Shown here: positions 26,601 through 36,812 of the stretch, one piece after another | Layout of the letters: each line of letters opens with the position of its first letter | How positions within the stretch are numbered: the first letter of the stretch is position 1 | Assembly (NCBI GenBank): GCA_965214755.1 | Contig: OZ243979.1 | Coordinates: 3,669,022 to 3,733,021, forward strand | DNA length: 64,000 nt | From: an uncultured Candidatus Binatia bacterium | Lineage (GTDB): Bacteria; Desulfobacterota; Binatia; Bin18 | Direction: 5' to 3' | Translations under genes and position numbers: made by a program | Notes under the pieces: generated by a model | Database searches by the model: none | Told to the model about the DNA's origin: nothing | What the model saw: the letters and a program-made list of their open reading frames with translations, nothing else

Positions 26601-27600
26601 TGCGCGAGCCACGTTTCTGAAACCGGCGAACCGCGCGATTATGATCCGCAAGCCGGGAAGAGAATACGTGTGTGCCATCTCCCCGAGCAACAAAATAGAG
26701 GTAGTCCGTTTCGGCTGGGGAGAGGACGGCTTGAATAGCCGCGAGTCCCGGGTTGGCAATCGGGCCAGGCGGAAGGCCAGTAAACAGATAGGTATTATAC
26801 GGCGTGGGCGTCCGTAGATGGCGACGGGTGATATTCCCGTCAAAGTTCGGAATGCCATAGATGACGGTTGGATCACACTGGAGTGGAATATTTTGCCGGA
26901 GCCGATTGTGAAAGACTCCGGCAATCAGCGGACGTTCCTCTGCCGCCCCGGTTTCTTTCTCAATGAGCGAGGCCAAGGTCAGGACCTCATGCCGGGAGAA
27001 CCCCAACTCTTGGGTCTGTTGTTGCATGGCCGGGGTGAAGACTTCGGACAGACGTGTGACCATACGTCCCAGAATATCAGCCGCAGAGCTTTGCTTTGAA
27101 AAAAAATAGGTGTCCGGGTACAGGTAACCTTCAAGTCCGTATTCCTGGAGGTCCCATCTGGCTAAGAACTGAGCAGAGGTGCTCAGAGACAGGAATTGCT
27201 CTTGGGGGCCCAACCCCTGGTCTTCCAGTCTTTTGGCAATTTGTTTGAGTGTCAGTCCTTCCGGGATCATAACCATGTGGTGGATGACCTGACCTTGGGT
27301 CAATGTCTCAAGCAACCTCCGCGGGGTCAGCGGGGTTTCCAGGAGATACTCCCCACTCTGTATGGAATGGTCTTTGCCTGTGAATTGCGCCCAGAAACGA
27401 AATGGCTGAACGCTTGCCAGGATGCCTTCGACAACAAGCATCTGCGCCGTCTGTTGGAGAGTACTGCCCGGAGAGATAAAGATTCGAGCAGGAGCCGCTA
27501 AAGACGGGCCTGGTGTGTTGAGCCGGGCATAGACGTAACAGGCGGTGAGTCCGCTGACGCCAATGACAAGCCACGCGGTGAGAGGCAGAACTTTTTTCAC
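26593..27600 (-). CDS. mltG: Endolytic murein transglycosylase MltG (YceG family)
   Basis: C-terminal YLYFVARGDGTHVFSSRLADHNRAV; likely GTG start near 27600 (VKKVLPLTAWLVIGV TM helix); the ORF track extends to 27735. Confidence 0.65.
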   Translation of the reverse strand: MKKVLPLTAWLVIGVSGLTACYVYARLNTPGPSLAAPARIFISPGSTLQQTAQMLVVEGILASVQPFRFWAQFTGKDHSIQSGEYLLETPLTPRRLLETLTQGQVIHHMVMIPEGLTLKQIAKRLEDQGLGPQEQFLSLSTSAQFLARWDLQEYGLEGYLYPDTYFFSKQSSAADILGRMVTRLSEVFTPAMQQQTQELGFSRHEVLTLASLIEKETGAAEERPLIAGVFHNRLRQNIPLQCDPTVIYGIPNFDGNITRRHLRTPTPYNTYLFTGLPPGPIANPGLAAIQAVLSPAETDYLYFVARGDGTHVFSSRLADHNRAVRRFQKRGSRNG

Positions 27601-27685
27601 CGCCGCCCACCCTATCACCGGTATGACAGCGAAACAATGTCGGACTGTATCTCCTTGACTTTTCTGTGTTCTGCTGGCACTCTCT

Positions 27686-29194
27686 GTGAGCATGAAAAGC
27701 CGGTGGGTGGAGTATTGCAAGGAAATACTCTGCATCTCTCTTGGGCGCCAGAACGGCCACGTTCAGGCGCTGCTTATTGCCCCCATCCTGGTAGTCGGTT
27801 TTCTTGGGTTTGTTGTTCGGGCGGCGAGCCCGGCCGTTGATTCTACGCTTGCCAAGAATGGGGTGATCGCTCAACTCCAACAGCGTCTCAGCGAGATTCG
27901 GCAAAAAAGCGTGCCGGGAGGCGACGTTCCGAACAGTGTGGAAACGCTTCCGGCCGAAGAGCCACCGGCTCTGGAAGAAAAAACAGTTGCCCTCCTATTG
28001 CCGTCCGAGCCGGGAGCCCCGCTCCGTAAGCCGCGCCAAATCGTACATCTCATCAAGCAGAATGAGACATTTGAGACCATCCTGAAAAAAGAAAAGCTTC
28101 CCTGGAGACAGTTCGCCGCCTGGATTACTGCGGCGCAGAAAATAGACGAGTTGCGGCGTTTGCAGATCAATCATGCGATAATGCTCTCCTATGCTCCCGA
28201 TCAAAAAGGGCTGCCAACGCTACGGACTGTTGCCTACAGCATTGATAAGCGTTCCATGCTCGTGCTTGAGAAGGATGAGAACGGGCGTGTTCAGTCACGA
28301 CTCGAGACCGCTCCCACGACCCTTGTCTGGCGTGCCGTTGGTGGCCGTATTACCCATAGTTTGGGTCGGGCAGCCAGCAAGATAGGTGTCCCGGCCAGTA
28401 TCATCGACGCGGTGGCAGATATGGGCTGGGATCTGAACCTTTCATACGACCTTCAGCCGGGTGACCCGTTCAAAATCATTTTTGAGGAAATTCAGCATAA
28501 CGGGCAAGCAGTGAAGCATGGTAAAGTGCTTGCCGCAGAAATCGTGAACAAGGGGAAAAAACATAGAGTCTTTCCCCTTGACGAAGAAGAAGGGATGGGG
28601 GTTGGGCGGCAGTTTCTGCGTTACCCTGTCCGATTCACCCGTGTCTCGTCGGTCTATAGCGATGCCCGGCTGCATCCCATTTACAAACGGAAACGTCCCC
28701 ACCGTGGCGTGGATTTCGCTGCCCCAACGGGAACACCGGTACGCGCGGTGGCAGATGGCAAGGTCACCTACGCCGGCTGGAAAGGCAACTATGGCCGTTT
28801 TCTCAAGATTGACCATAACGGACCCTATAGTTCGGCATACGCCCACCTGCGACGGATCAAAAAAGGAGTGAGAGCAGGAACTTTTGTAAAAAGGGGCCAG
28901 GTTATCGGCTATGTCGGGTCTTCGGGGGCCGCAACCGGGCCGCATCTGCACTTTGAGATGCATAAAAATGGCAAGTATATCAATCCATTAAAAAAAGTGC
29001 CGGCGCCAAAGACCCTTGCTTGGCAAAAAAGATCGCCTGCGGTGCGGCCTGACCCACAGCTCACGGCAATACGAAAGAAACTGGAAGAGTATCTCGCCGG
29101 GTTGAGCGTACAGAACGGACCCGAGAGCCGTGTCTATACAGCTATCCCACGGATTCAAACCGCGGCCCGTGAGGCTGCTGAGCCACAAGCGTAA
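27686..29194 (+). CDS. M23-family peptidase (LytM-like), membrane-anchored
   Basis: HRGVDFAAPTGTPVRAVADGKVTYAG...GPHLHFEMHKNG; start uncertain. Confidence 0.7.
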   Translation: MSMKSRWVEYCKEILCISLGRQNGHVQALLIAPILVVGFLGFVVRAASPAVDSTLAKNGVIAQLQQRLSEIRQKSVPGGDVPNSVETLPAEEPPALEEKTVALLLPSEPGAPLRKPRQIVHLIKQNETFETILKKEKLPWRQFAAWITAAQKIDELRRLQINHAIMLSYAPDQKGLPTLRTVAYSIDKRSMLVLEKDENGRVQSRLETAPTTLVWRAVGGRITHSLGRAASKIGVPASIIDAVADMGWDLNLSYDLQPGDPFKIIFEEIQHNGQAVKHGKVLAAEIVNKGKKHRVFPLDEEEGMGVGRQFLRYPVRFTRVSSVYSDARLHPIYKRKRPHRGVDFAAPTGTPVRAVADGKVTYAGWKGNYGRFLKIDHNGPYSSAYAHLRRIKKGVRAGTFVKRGQVIGYVGSSGAATGPHLHFEMHKNGKYINPLKKVPAPKTLAWQKRSPAVRPDPQLTAIRKKLEEYLAGLSVQNGPESRVYTAIPRIQTAAREAAEPQA

Positions 29195-29294
29195 TTACCC
29201 ACCCTGGGCTTCCCTATTTTACCGTGTGTGCCCGTGTTTTACCCTTATCCTTTGAGGACACGCGCCCTGCCGGTTAAGGAAATTCCATAAAACC

Positions 29295-29693
29295 ATGCTG
29301 TCCCATACGGAAAAACTTCGGGTTCGGTGGGTCGACACTGATGCGTCGGGTCGCATTCATTACACAGCAGCGTTCCGGTATTTTGAGATAGCCGAGTGGG
29401 AATTGATGCGGCAGGCCGGGTTCCCGTTGTCCGATCACCGCAAAATATCAGGGCTGCCGCGGGTGAACGTCTCGGCAACATTTTATGCTCCCCTCTGTGT
29501 CGATGAACCGATTGAGGTAAAGGTCTGGGCTGAGCGGATTGGGACCACCTCCATTACCTTTGCCGGGGAAATCCACCGAGCCGGAGAGCGCTGCGTCAGT
29601 GGGTTGATTACCGCGGTTTTTGTGAATCCGCAGGACCAGCCTCAGCCCATTCCCGAGGCCGTTCGCCATGCTCTGAGCGCTGCGAAAGAGTAA
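29295..29693 (+). CDS. Acyl-CoA thioesterase (hotdog / 4HBT family); stop codon supplied by repeat copy 10
   Basis: RVRWVDTDASGRIHYTAAFRYFEIAEWELMRQAG. Confidence 0.7.
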   Translation: MLSHTEKLRVRWVDTDASGRIHYTAAFRYFEIAEWELMRQAGFPLSDHRKISGLPRVNVSATFYAPLCVDEPIEVKVWAERIGTTSITFAGEIHRAGERCVSGLITAVFVNPQDQPQPIPEAVRHALSAAKE

Positions 29694-29738
29694 ACGTGTC
29701 CAGCTGTGTAGCGGTAGAGAAGGACACCTTTATTCTTT
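29685..29738. repeat. Palindromic repeat element copy 10
   Basis: aaagagtaaacgtgtccagctgtgtagcggtagagaaggacacctttattcttt; its AAAGAG-TAA supplies the last two codons and the stop of the thioesterase gene. Confidence 0.75.
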
Positions 29739-29757
29739 GTGACGAAGTGCTTGGGAG

Positions 29758-29786
29758 TTGACAGAAAAAACCCGCTCGCATAGGTA
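29758..29786 (+). promoter_or_regulatory. Putative promoter of the rplU-rpmA-obg operon (TTGACA-17 nt-TAGGTA)
   Basis: ttgacagaaaaaacccgctcgcataggta, then GGGAG RBS before the rplU ATG. Confidence 0.3.
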
Positions 29787-29793
29787 ACGGGAG

Positions 29794-30114
29794 ATGTCAT
29801 ACGCAGTGATTCGTACGGGTGGAAAACAATATCGAGTGACGCAGGGCGAGTTCCTGCGCGTGGAATCTCTCCCAGGAGAGACAGGGAGTGATATTACGTT
29901 CTCTGATGTGCTGCTCACCTCAGCCGAGGGCGCTATTCAGGTTGGCACTCCGCTTGTTCCCGGCGCTTCGGTCACGGCCCGCGTTGTTGAGCATGGGAAA
30001 GAGAAAAAGATTATTGTTTTTAAGAAGAAGCGGCGCAAAGGGTATCGGCGCAAACAGGGTCATCGGCAGCCCTTTACGGCCGTACAGGTCAAATCCATCA
30101 ACCTGGGAGGATAA
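29794..30114 (+). CDS. rplU: 50S ribosomal protein L21
   Basis: [15 protein letters not shown]. Confidence 0.95.
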   Translation: MSYAVIRTGGKQYRVTQGEFLRVESLPGETGSDITFSDVLLTSAEGAIQVGTPLVPGASVTARVVEHGKEKKIIVFKKKRRKGYRRKQGHRQPFTAVQVKSINLGG

Positions 30115-30116
30115 AG

Positions 30117-30371
30117 GTGGCACATAAAAAAGGACAAGGCTCCAGTCGGAATGGCCGAGACAGCCCAGGCCAACGCCGCGGCGTCAAGCTTTTTGCCGGG
30201 CAGTTTGCAAAAGCCGGGAATATTATTGTCCGGCAGCTCGGAACGCGTATCTACCCAGGAACCAATGTCGGCATGGGACGGGATTATACGCTGTTTGCGA
30301 AGACTGACGGAGTAATTCAGTTCGAACATATGGGCAAAACGCGGAAGCGGGTCTGCGTCTACCCGCAGTAA
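30117..30371 (+). CDS. rpmA: 50S ribosomal protein L27
   Basis: [16 protein letters not shown]. Confidence 0.95.
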   Translation: MAHKKGQGSSRNGRDSPGQRRGVKLFAGQFAKAGNIIVRQLGTRIYPGTNVGMGRDYTLFAKTDGVIQFEHMGKTRKRVCVYPQ

Positions 30372-30407
30372 ACCGCTCGGCCGCACGCGTGAGCACAAGG
30401 TTATAGG

Positions 30408-30434
30408 AAAAGCCCCACTTCGGGGCTTTTTTTA
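30408..30434 (+). terminator. Rho-independent terminator after rpmA
   Basis: aaaaGCCCCacttcGGGGCttttttt. Confidence 0.75.
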
Positions 30435-30474
30435 TTGGCCTTCTGCAGTCCTGCATTCTTGATATACATGGGCC

Positions 30475-31518
30475 ATGAACTTCGTTGACGAAGTGACCAT
30501 GACAGTCAAAGCCGGTGATGGCGGGCGCGGCTGTGTCAGCTTTCTGCGCGAGAAGTTCCGGCCCTGGGGGGGGCCGAACGGCGGAAATGGCGGAAATGGT
30601 GGAGATGTCGTCCTGCGCGTTGACCCGCAACGCCACACCCTGCTTGATCTCGCCCATCGGCATCACGTCAAAGCGGCACGGGGCGAACATGGACGCGGCA
30701 AGGACCAACACGGGAAAAATGCAAAGTCCCTCATTCTTCCTGTCCCAGCCGGAACCATTGCGCGCGATATGGAGAATGGAGAAATACTCGCCGACCTGCG
30801 AACTGCCGGGCAACAGGTTGTGGTCGCTCAGGGCGGAAGAGGTGGAAGAGGGAATGCCGCTTTCGCCACCTCCACCAATCGTGCCCCCCGGTTCGCTCAA
30901 CCGGGATTGCCTGGAGAGACGCGGCAGGTCCGGCTGGAACTTCGCTTATTGGCTGACGTTGGCCTGGTTGGGTTTCCCAATGTCGGGAAGTCGACGCTGA
31001 TATCTGCTGTGTCCGCGGCGCGTCCACGGGTTGCTGCCTTTCCCTTTACGACCCTCGTTCCCCACCTCGGCGTTGTGCGCTATGGCGATACAGGCTCATT
31101 TGTCATGGCTGACGTGCCAGGGCTCATTGAGGGCGCGCATACCGGACATGGCCTGGGCGTGCGTTTTCTGCGCCACCTCTCGCGGACTTCTATTCTGGTT
31201 CATCTTCTTGATATATCTGATCCAGCACGAGACCCGTATGCCGACTTCAGCGTCATCAACTGTGAACTTACCGCTTTTGATACTGCCCTGGCTCGTCGTC
31301 CGCAGATCGTGGTCGTCACAAAAGCGGACCTGCCGGGCACACGCGAACGTTTTCCTGAGGTGCAGGAAGTTTTTGTCCGGCATGAGAAAAAATTACATCT
31401 CATTTCTGCTGCAACCGGGGAGGGGAAACAGGAATTGGTAAGAGCAATTGCCCATCTGCTTGAACAGAGACAACGCCGGGTGGGCGACGAAGGGGAGACC
31501 GAGGGTTCCCCACCATGA
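30475..31518 (+). CDS. obg: GTPase Obg/CgtA
   Basis: MNFVDEVTMTVKAGDGGRGCVSFLREKF...GGNGGNGGDVVL; G1-G4 motifs. Confidence 0.95.
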   Translation: MNFVDEVTMTVKAGDGGRGCVSFLREKFRPWGGPNGGNGGNGGDVVLRVDPQRHTLLDLAHRHHVKAARGEHGRGKDQHGKNAKSLILPVPAGTIARDMENGEILADLRTAGQQVVVAQGGRGGRGNAAFATSTNRAPRFAQPGLPGETRQVRLELRLLADVGLVGFPNVGKSTLISAVSAARPRVAAFPFTTLVPHLGVVRYGDTGSFVMADVPGLIEGAHTGHGLGVRFLRHLSRTSILVHLLDISDPARDPYADFSVINCELTAFDTALARRPQIVVVTKADLPGTRERFPEVQEVFVRHEKKLHLISAATGEGKQELVRAIAHLLEQRQRRVGDEGETEGSPP

Positions 31519-32660
31519 GCGACTACACTATCCAACTCACACATAAAGCGCGTATTCTTGAGAAGACGAGGCGTATTGTGGTGAAGGTCGGGAGCAGTGT
31601 GCTATCCAATGGAGACGGTGTCTATCCTCCACGGATCGGCCAACTCGCGACGACCCTTTCTACCTTGCAGCAGGCGGAGGTGGTCTTAGTCACTTCGGGA
31701 GCCGTGGCTGCTGGAATGGGCGTCCTCAATATGAAACAGCGCCCGAGGACGATACCGGCGAAACAGGCGGCGGCAGCCATTGGACAGATTACGCTCATGG
31801 CGTTGTATGAAGAATGCTTTTCGCAGCACGCTACCCGGGTGGCGCAGATTCTGCTCACCCATGACGATCTGGCCAACCGCAGACGCTATTTGAACGCCAA
31901 GCATACCCTCCTGACGCTGATTGAATCCGGGGTTGTGCCCATCGTGAACGAGAATGACACGGTGGCGGTTGAAGAAATCCAGTTTGGCGACAACGATAAT
32001 CTCTCTGCCCAAGTCGCCGTCCTGGTCGAGGCGGATCTGTTGATCATCTTGAGCGATGTTGCTGGTCTATATGAAACAGACCCCCGTCTGGACCAGCACG
32101 CGAAACGTATTGCTCTGGTCGATCAGTTCGACGAACAATTGATACAGCGGTGCGGTGCAGCCGGTCCGTTAGGCCGCGGCGGGATGACCTCTAAAATCGA
32201 AGCCGCTCAAAAGGCGGCCCTGTCGGGTATTCCGTCCCTTCTTATAGATGGGCGACGCGCTGAAGAGCTCGGTGCCGCTTTTGACCCGCAGCAGGAAGTG
32301 GGCACGCTGTTTCTGCCAGTCTCGGACAGGATTGCGAGTCGGAAACATTGGATTGCCTATACATTGAAGCCGGCCGGCTCACTCCATCTCGATGCTGGGG
32401 CCGCGGCGGCGATTCGGCGGGATGGGAGGAGTCTGTTACCTGCCGGGGTGCGTGGCGTATATGGGAGCTTTGAGGAAGGGGACTGTGTGACCTGTCTCGA
32501 CGAAAGCGGATATGAATTTGCGCGGGGCTTAGTGAATTATAGCGCCGCCGCTCTGATGCAAATTCAAGGCGTCCACACGAGCCAGATCGAACAGACGCTC
32601 GGCTATAAGGTGAGTGATGAAGTGATTCATCGGGACGACTTGGCCCTGCTACAAGACTAG
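31515..32660 (+). CDS. proB: Glutamate 5-kinase (with PUA domain)
   Basis: VVKVGSSVLS... amino-acid kinase fold + C-terminal PUA. Confidence 0.9.
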   Translation: MSDYTIQLTHKARILEKTRRIVVKVGSSVLSNGDGVYPPRIGQLATTLSTLQQAEVVLVTSGAVAAGMGVLNMKQRPRTIPAKQAAAAIGQITLMALYEECFSQHATRVAQILLTHDDLANRRRYLNAKHTLLTLIESGVVPIVNENDTVAVEEIQFGDNDNLSAQVAVLVEADLLIILSDVAGLYETDPRLDQHAKRIALVDQFDEQLIQRCGAAGPLGRGGMTSKIEAAQKAALSGIPSLLIDGRRAEELGAAFDPQQEVGTLFLPVSDRIASRKHWIAYTLKPAGSLHLDAGAAAAIRRDGRSLLPAGVRGVYGSFEEGDCVTCLDESGYEFARGLVNYSAAALMQIQGVHTSQIEQTLGYKVSDEVIHRDDLALLQD

Positions 32661-32684
32661 TGAAGAGACACAAAGGGAGAGGCG

Positions 32685-33941
32685 ATGAGTCTTGAAAATA
32701 TGGTGATCGCATTAGCCCACACCGCAAAAAAAGCCGCCCGGGTACTGGCAACAATGTCAACGCAGACGAAAAATAATGCACTTCTTGCCGCCGCCCAGCA
32801 ACTCCGGGATCAGACGGAAGTCCTCCTCGCTGCCAATGCACAGGATGTTGCTCGGGGGAAAGACAACGGTTTATCTACCGCTCTGCTCGACCGGCTGACG
32901 CTGAATCAATCGCGCATACACGCTATGGCCACAGGGCTCGAAATTATGGTCGATCTGCCGGACCCGGTCGAGGAAACGGTCGCGACCTGGAAGCGACCAA
33001 ATGGCCTGGAAATCAGCCAGGTCCGCGTTCCGCTCGGTGTTGTCGGAATTATTTACGAGTCGCGGCCGAATGTCACGGCCGATGCCGCCGGCCTGTGTCT
33101 CAAGGCTGGCAATGCGGTTGTTCTCAAAGGGGGGTCGGAGGCGTTTACAACGAACAGCGCTATTGTCGATATTCTCGCGCAGGCCTTTGCCGAAGCGGGT
33201 TTGCCGGCCGGGGCAGTCCAACTGGTCCGTTCGACCGACCGACAGGCCGTCACCTTTCTCCTCCAACAAGACCGCTATATTGATGTCATTATTCCGCGTG
33301 GCGGAGAGGAATTGATACGCGCCGTCACGCGCGAATCCGCTATCCCCGTCATTCAGCATTTCTCCGGCCTGTGTCACACCTATGTCGATGCTGCGGCTGA
33401 TATTGAAAAAGCGCACCAAGTTTGCCTGAACGCCAAGGCACAAAGACCCTGGGTGTGCAATGCGATGGAGAACCTGCTGGTGCATGAGGCCGTTGCGCCT
33501 CGTTTTCTGCCAGACTTTGTGGCGCGACTCGAACAAGAGGGCGTCGAGGTTCGTGGCTGCGACCAGACGCGCCAGGTCGTCCCTCAGGTGGGCGTCGCGA
33601 CTGAGACGGATTGGCAAACCGAGTATCTTGATAAAATTCTCTCGGTCAAAGTGGTACGCTCGCTTGATGAGGCGCTGGATTTCATTCATACCAACGGGTC
33701 AGGACTGGCCGATTGTATCGTGAGCGAAGATTACACCTGCGTCCGGCGGTTTCTGCGTGAAGTCGACTCTGCGACGGTCTATGCAAACGCTTCGACGCGA
33801 TTCACCGATGGCTTTGAGTTCGGATTTGGGGCTGAGGTTGGCATTTCGACGAACCGACTCCACGCCAGGGGACCCATGGGGCTGCGTGAGCTGACAACGT
33901 ATAAATATGTGGTCTACGGAGATGGTCAGATACGAGCATAA
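32685..33941 (+). CDS. proA: Gamma-glutamyl phosphate reductase
   Basis: 418 aa aldehyde-dehydrogenase-like; position after proB. Confidence 0.9.
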   Translation: MSLENMVIALAHTAKKAARVLATMSTQTKNNALLAAAQQLRDQTEVLLAANAQDVARGKDNGLSTALLDRLTLNQSRIHAMATGLEIMVDLPDPVEETVATWKRPNGLEISQVRVPLGVVGIIYESRPNVTADAAGLCLKAGNAVVLKGGSEAFTTNSAIVDILAQAFAEAGLPAGAVQLVRSTDRQAVTFLLQQDRYIDVIIPRGGEELIRAVTRESAIPVIQHFSGLCHTYVDAAADIEKAHQVCLNAKAQRPWVCNAMENLLVHEAVAPRFLPDFVARLEQEGVEVRGCDQTRQVVPQVGVATETDWQTEYLDKILSVKVVRSLDEALDFIHTNGSGLADCIVSEDYTCVRRFLREVDSATVYANASTRFTDGFEFGFGAEVGISTNRLHARGPMGLRELTTYKYVVYGDGQIRA

Positions 33942-33962
33942 CATGCCAATAGGCTCTGACGT

Positions 33963-34631
33963 ATGAAAGTCGGCCTGTTCGGCGGAACGTTTAACCCCAT
34001 CCATTGCGGTCATTTGCGCAGTGCGGAAGAAGTCTGCGCAGCGTTTACCCTTGACCGCATCTACTTCGTTCCTTCTGCCTCTCCTCCGCACAAGCGCACA
34101 ACGGATATTGCCCCTGCTCATCATCGCTACAATATGGTGGAGCGGGCCGTTGCCGCCAACCCTGCTTTCTTTGCCTCTCGTATCGAACTCGACCGTGCAG
34201 GCCCCTCGTTTTCGATTGATACGATACGCACCTTTCGGACAAGAGGAACATGGACCTCTCTCGCTTTTCTTATCGGGATGGATGCGTTCCGTGAGATAGA
34301 GACGTGGAAGGATTACCTGGAAATCCCCAGCTTATGCGACCTGATTGTCACCTCGCGTCCCGGGGTTCCCACACCACCACTTGACCAGTTCCTTCCCGTT
34401 GCTCTGCGGTCCGCCTTTTGGTATGATTCAGTTCGGCAGAGATATCAGCACGAATCAGGGCATACGTTGACGCTCTATACACTGAACGGTCTCCATATTT
34501 CGGCCTCCAGCATCCGCGACAACCTGCGCGCCGGTCGGCCCACATCCTGCCAACTCCCGCCTGCCGTGGCAGACTACATCGCTACTCACGCTCTCTATCG
34601 TCCGCAAAAGGCTCTTTCCCTTGAAGGCTGA
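33963..34631 (+). CDS. nadD: Nicotinate-nucleotide adenylyltransferase
   Basis: MKVGLFGGTFNPIHCGHL. Confidence 0.9.
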   Translation: MKVGLFGGTFNPIHCGHLRSAEEVCAAFTLDRIYFVPSASPPHKRTTDIAPAHHRYNMVERAVAANPAFFASRIELDRAGPSFSIDTIRTFRTRGTWTSLAFLIGMDAFREIETWKDYLEIPSLCDLIVTSRPGVPTPPLDQFLPVALRSAFWYDSVRQRYQHESGHTLTLYTLNGLHISASSIRDNLRAGRPTSCQLPPAVADYIATHALYRPQKALSLEG

Positions 34632-35016
34632 CGCCAGCTGGCAAAAAGTCCTGAGGTGCGCTCAATCCGCGCTGGATAAAAAGGCCTACGACCTGGTTGT
34701 CCTCGACGTCGAAGCGCTGACGTCTGTTGCCTCTTATTTTGTGATTTGTACCGGGCGGTCGGATATTCAGGTACAGACGATCAGCCAAGCGATTGAGGAG
34801 GCCCTCCGGCGGGAAGGCCACCGCCCGTTAGCCCTTGAAGGCGTCTCGCACGGACAATGGATCCTCATGGATTTCGGGGATGTCATTGTCCATATTTTCT
34901 ACGAAACAGTCCGAGCGTTTTACAATCTTGAAGGACTCTGGGCCAAGGCTCCACGCTGTACGCTACCTGAACCCTACTCGACGCAAGCCATGGACCTCCG
35001 ACTCGAAACCGGCTAG
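34621..35016 (+). CDS. rsfS: Ribosomal silencing factor RsfS (Iojap), TTG start
   Basis: KKAYDLVVLDVEALTSVASYFVICTGRSDIQVQ...HIFYETVRAFYNLEGLW. Confidence 0.85.
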   Translation: MKADASWQKVLRCAQSALDKKAYDLVVLDVEALTSVASYFVICTGRSDIQVQTISQAIEEALRREGHRPLALEGVSHGQWILMDFGDVIVHIFYETVRAFYNLEGLWAKAPRCTLPEPYSTQAMDLRLETG

Positions 35017-35122
35017 CAGCCTTTCCCTGGTGCTGAGAAAATCCGCCTTCTCTTTCTTTCCACACGACTTTCCTCGTATACTAGGAGCAGGAACCAGCGA
35101 GCACACCTCGGTGGGAGATGCT

Positions 35123-35527
35123 ATGGGTCGAACGGCTTCTGCGCAAGAGATTCTGTATTACGGCAGTACCCCTAAACACCAGTATTGGGAAAACGAAAAA
35201 CAGACCCTGCGTCTCGTCCGCGACCGGGCTGCGTCCGTCTGGCGGGCGTATCACAAGCAAAACGGTCGGTATCGCCCCTTGCTCGGGAAGTCTCGCCCCC
35301 CAGCCGGACCCCGAAAAGGGAAACGGAAATCGACGCCGCTGACGGGCAGAAGCGCTGAAGAAGTCGTGGCTAATATCAAACATGACTATCAGCTGCGGTT
35401 GGTGCTTGAGCAACGACTGCGTCGCTGGATGGACAAGTCGTCAGGAAAGCGTGTGCTGGCCTTTCTCGATCCAAACCAGGGAGGTGCGCCAGCAATGACG
35501 GACCCAGGCACGTATAATGCCCAATAA
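35123..35527 (+). CDS. Hypothetical basic protein
   Basis: 134-aa ORF from ATG 35123; no recognisable family; ORF-track upstream extension (34835) overlaps rsfS and is rejected. Confidence 0.3.
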   Translation: MGRTASAQEILYYGSTPKHQYWENEKQTLRLVRDRAASVWRAYHKQNGRYRPLLGKSRPPAGPRKGKRKSTPLTGRSAEEVVANIKHDYQLRLVLEQRLRRWMDKSSGKRVLAFLDPNQGGAPAMTDPGTYNAQ

Positions 35528-35659
35528 TACCAGCTCATCTCTCTCAGCAGAAAAATACAGAAAAATCAGTTGTCTACCGAGCGTGGCAGACTACAGGGAC
35601 GCCGGGAGCAGAGAACCTTCACCACGGGAATATGTCTCTGCAGCGCGGATGTGTTGACC

Positions 35660-36634
35660 CTACCAGCGCGCAACCGATGCCCCCCAGGTGAGCCCGCCCC
35701 CACAGCCGTTGAGCACGACAATATCGTCCTCCTGCACTTTGCCTGCTCGAACCGCCTCATCCAGGGCTATCGGAATAGAAGCCGCAGACGTATTTCCGAA
35801 GCGGTCCACATTGCAGTGCACCTTGTCCATACTCGCACCCAAACGGTCGGCCACCGCTTGGATAATGCGTAAATTTGCCTGATGGGGGACCATCAGCTTG
35901 ATATCTTCTGGAGCGAGGCCAGCTTTTTCAAGGGCTTTTTTTGTCACGTCGGACAGGGCGCGAACGGCGACCTTGAACAGTTCAGGGCCTCGCATCTGAA
36001 TTCCCCAGTCCGGTTCCTGCTCTCCGGCTTGATCAAACGTTTGCCGCAGACCGGACCGAACGTGGAGCAATTGCCACAGGGCTCCGCTGGACTCGACGAC
36101 CGTGCTGAGCAGACCTCGATCGTTTGGCTGATTGTCTAACACGACGGCCCCGGCGCCATCCCCGAACAGGACACACGTCGTCCGGTCTCCCCAGTTGACC
36201 ATGGAACTCAGGGCATCTGCGCCAACCAGCAGAATACGGTTATACTCGCCGCTTTTGAGGTAGCTATGGGCAACCGACATGCCGTACACAAACCCGGCGC
36301 AGGCCGCCGCAACATCAAAGGCAGGAATATTATCCACGCCCAGGCGCGTTTGGAGTAAGCAGGCCGTGGAAGGAAAGGCATATTCCCCGGAGACTGTGGC
36401 GATCAGGATCACATCCAAGTCCTGCGCAGACAGGCCTGCCGCCTTGAGCGCCGTTTCACTCGCCGCGTGAATGAGGTCGAGCAAGTCCTCATCCTTGCGG
36501 AGGACTCGTCGCTCCTGTATGCCGGTTCGCGTGACGATCCATTTATGATTGGTGTCAACTCGCCCGGCCAGATCATCATTGGTGAGACAGGTCGAAGGGA
36601 CGGCGGAACCCGTGCCGATAATACGTGCGCCCAT
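35660..36634 (-). CDS. fabH: 3-oxoacyl-ACP synthase III
   Basis: MGARIIGTGSAVPSTCLTNDDLAGRVDTNHKWIVTRTGIQERR. Confidence 0.9.
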   Translation of the reverse strand: MGARIIGTGSAVPSTCLTNDDLAGRVDTNHKWIVTRTGIQERRVLRKDEDLLDLIHAASETALKAAGLSAQDLDVILIATVSGEYAFPSTACLLQTRLGVDNIPAFDVAAACAGFVYGMSVAHSYLKSGEYNRILLVGADALSSMVNWGDRTTCVLFGDGAGAVVLDNQPNDRGLLSTVVESSGALWQLLHVRSGLRQTFDQAGEQEPDWGIQMRGPELFKVAVRALSDVTKKALEKAGLAPEDIKLMVPHQANLRIIQAVADRLGASMDKVHCNVDRFGNTSAASIPIALDEAVRAGKVQEDDIVVLNGCGGGLTWGASVARW

Positions 36635-36668
36635 GCGCTACCTCTTTAGTCCTTCTTGCCCAGCGAGA

Positions 36669-36725
36669 TAAAGAGTACACGCGCCCTCCAAACCATACAA
36701 AGCTGTTGGCACGCTTACTCTCTCA
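36669..36725. repeat. Palindromic repeat element copy 11 (degenerate arms)
   Basis: aaagagtacacgcgccctccaaaccatacaaagctgttggcacgcttactctctc. Confidence 0.65.
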
Positions 36726-36812
36726 GGCCAATCAATACGTTTCATGCTGTGTCGCTCAAGGCAGGTTCTGATTGCTTCGGTTCCAGTGTTCTCGTTATGC
36801 CGCCCGCCCGTT

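Noticed and set aside
26601-26924. N-terminal extension of the Q-rich protein ORF overlapping mltG
   Set aside because: Overlaps the mltG coding region in a different frame; a hydrophobic N-terminus with ATG at 26600 provides a sensible start.
34835-35122. Upstream extension of the hypothetical ORF overlapping rsfS
   Set aside because: Overlaps the well-supported rsfS CDS; internal ATG at 35123 is more plausible.
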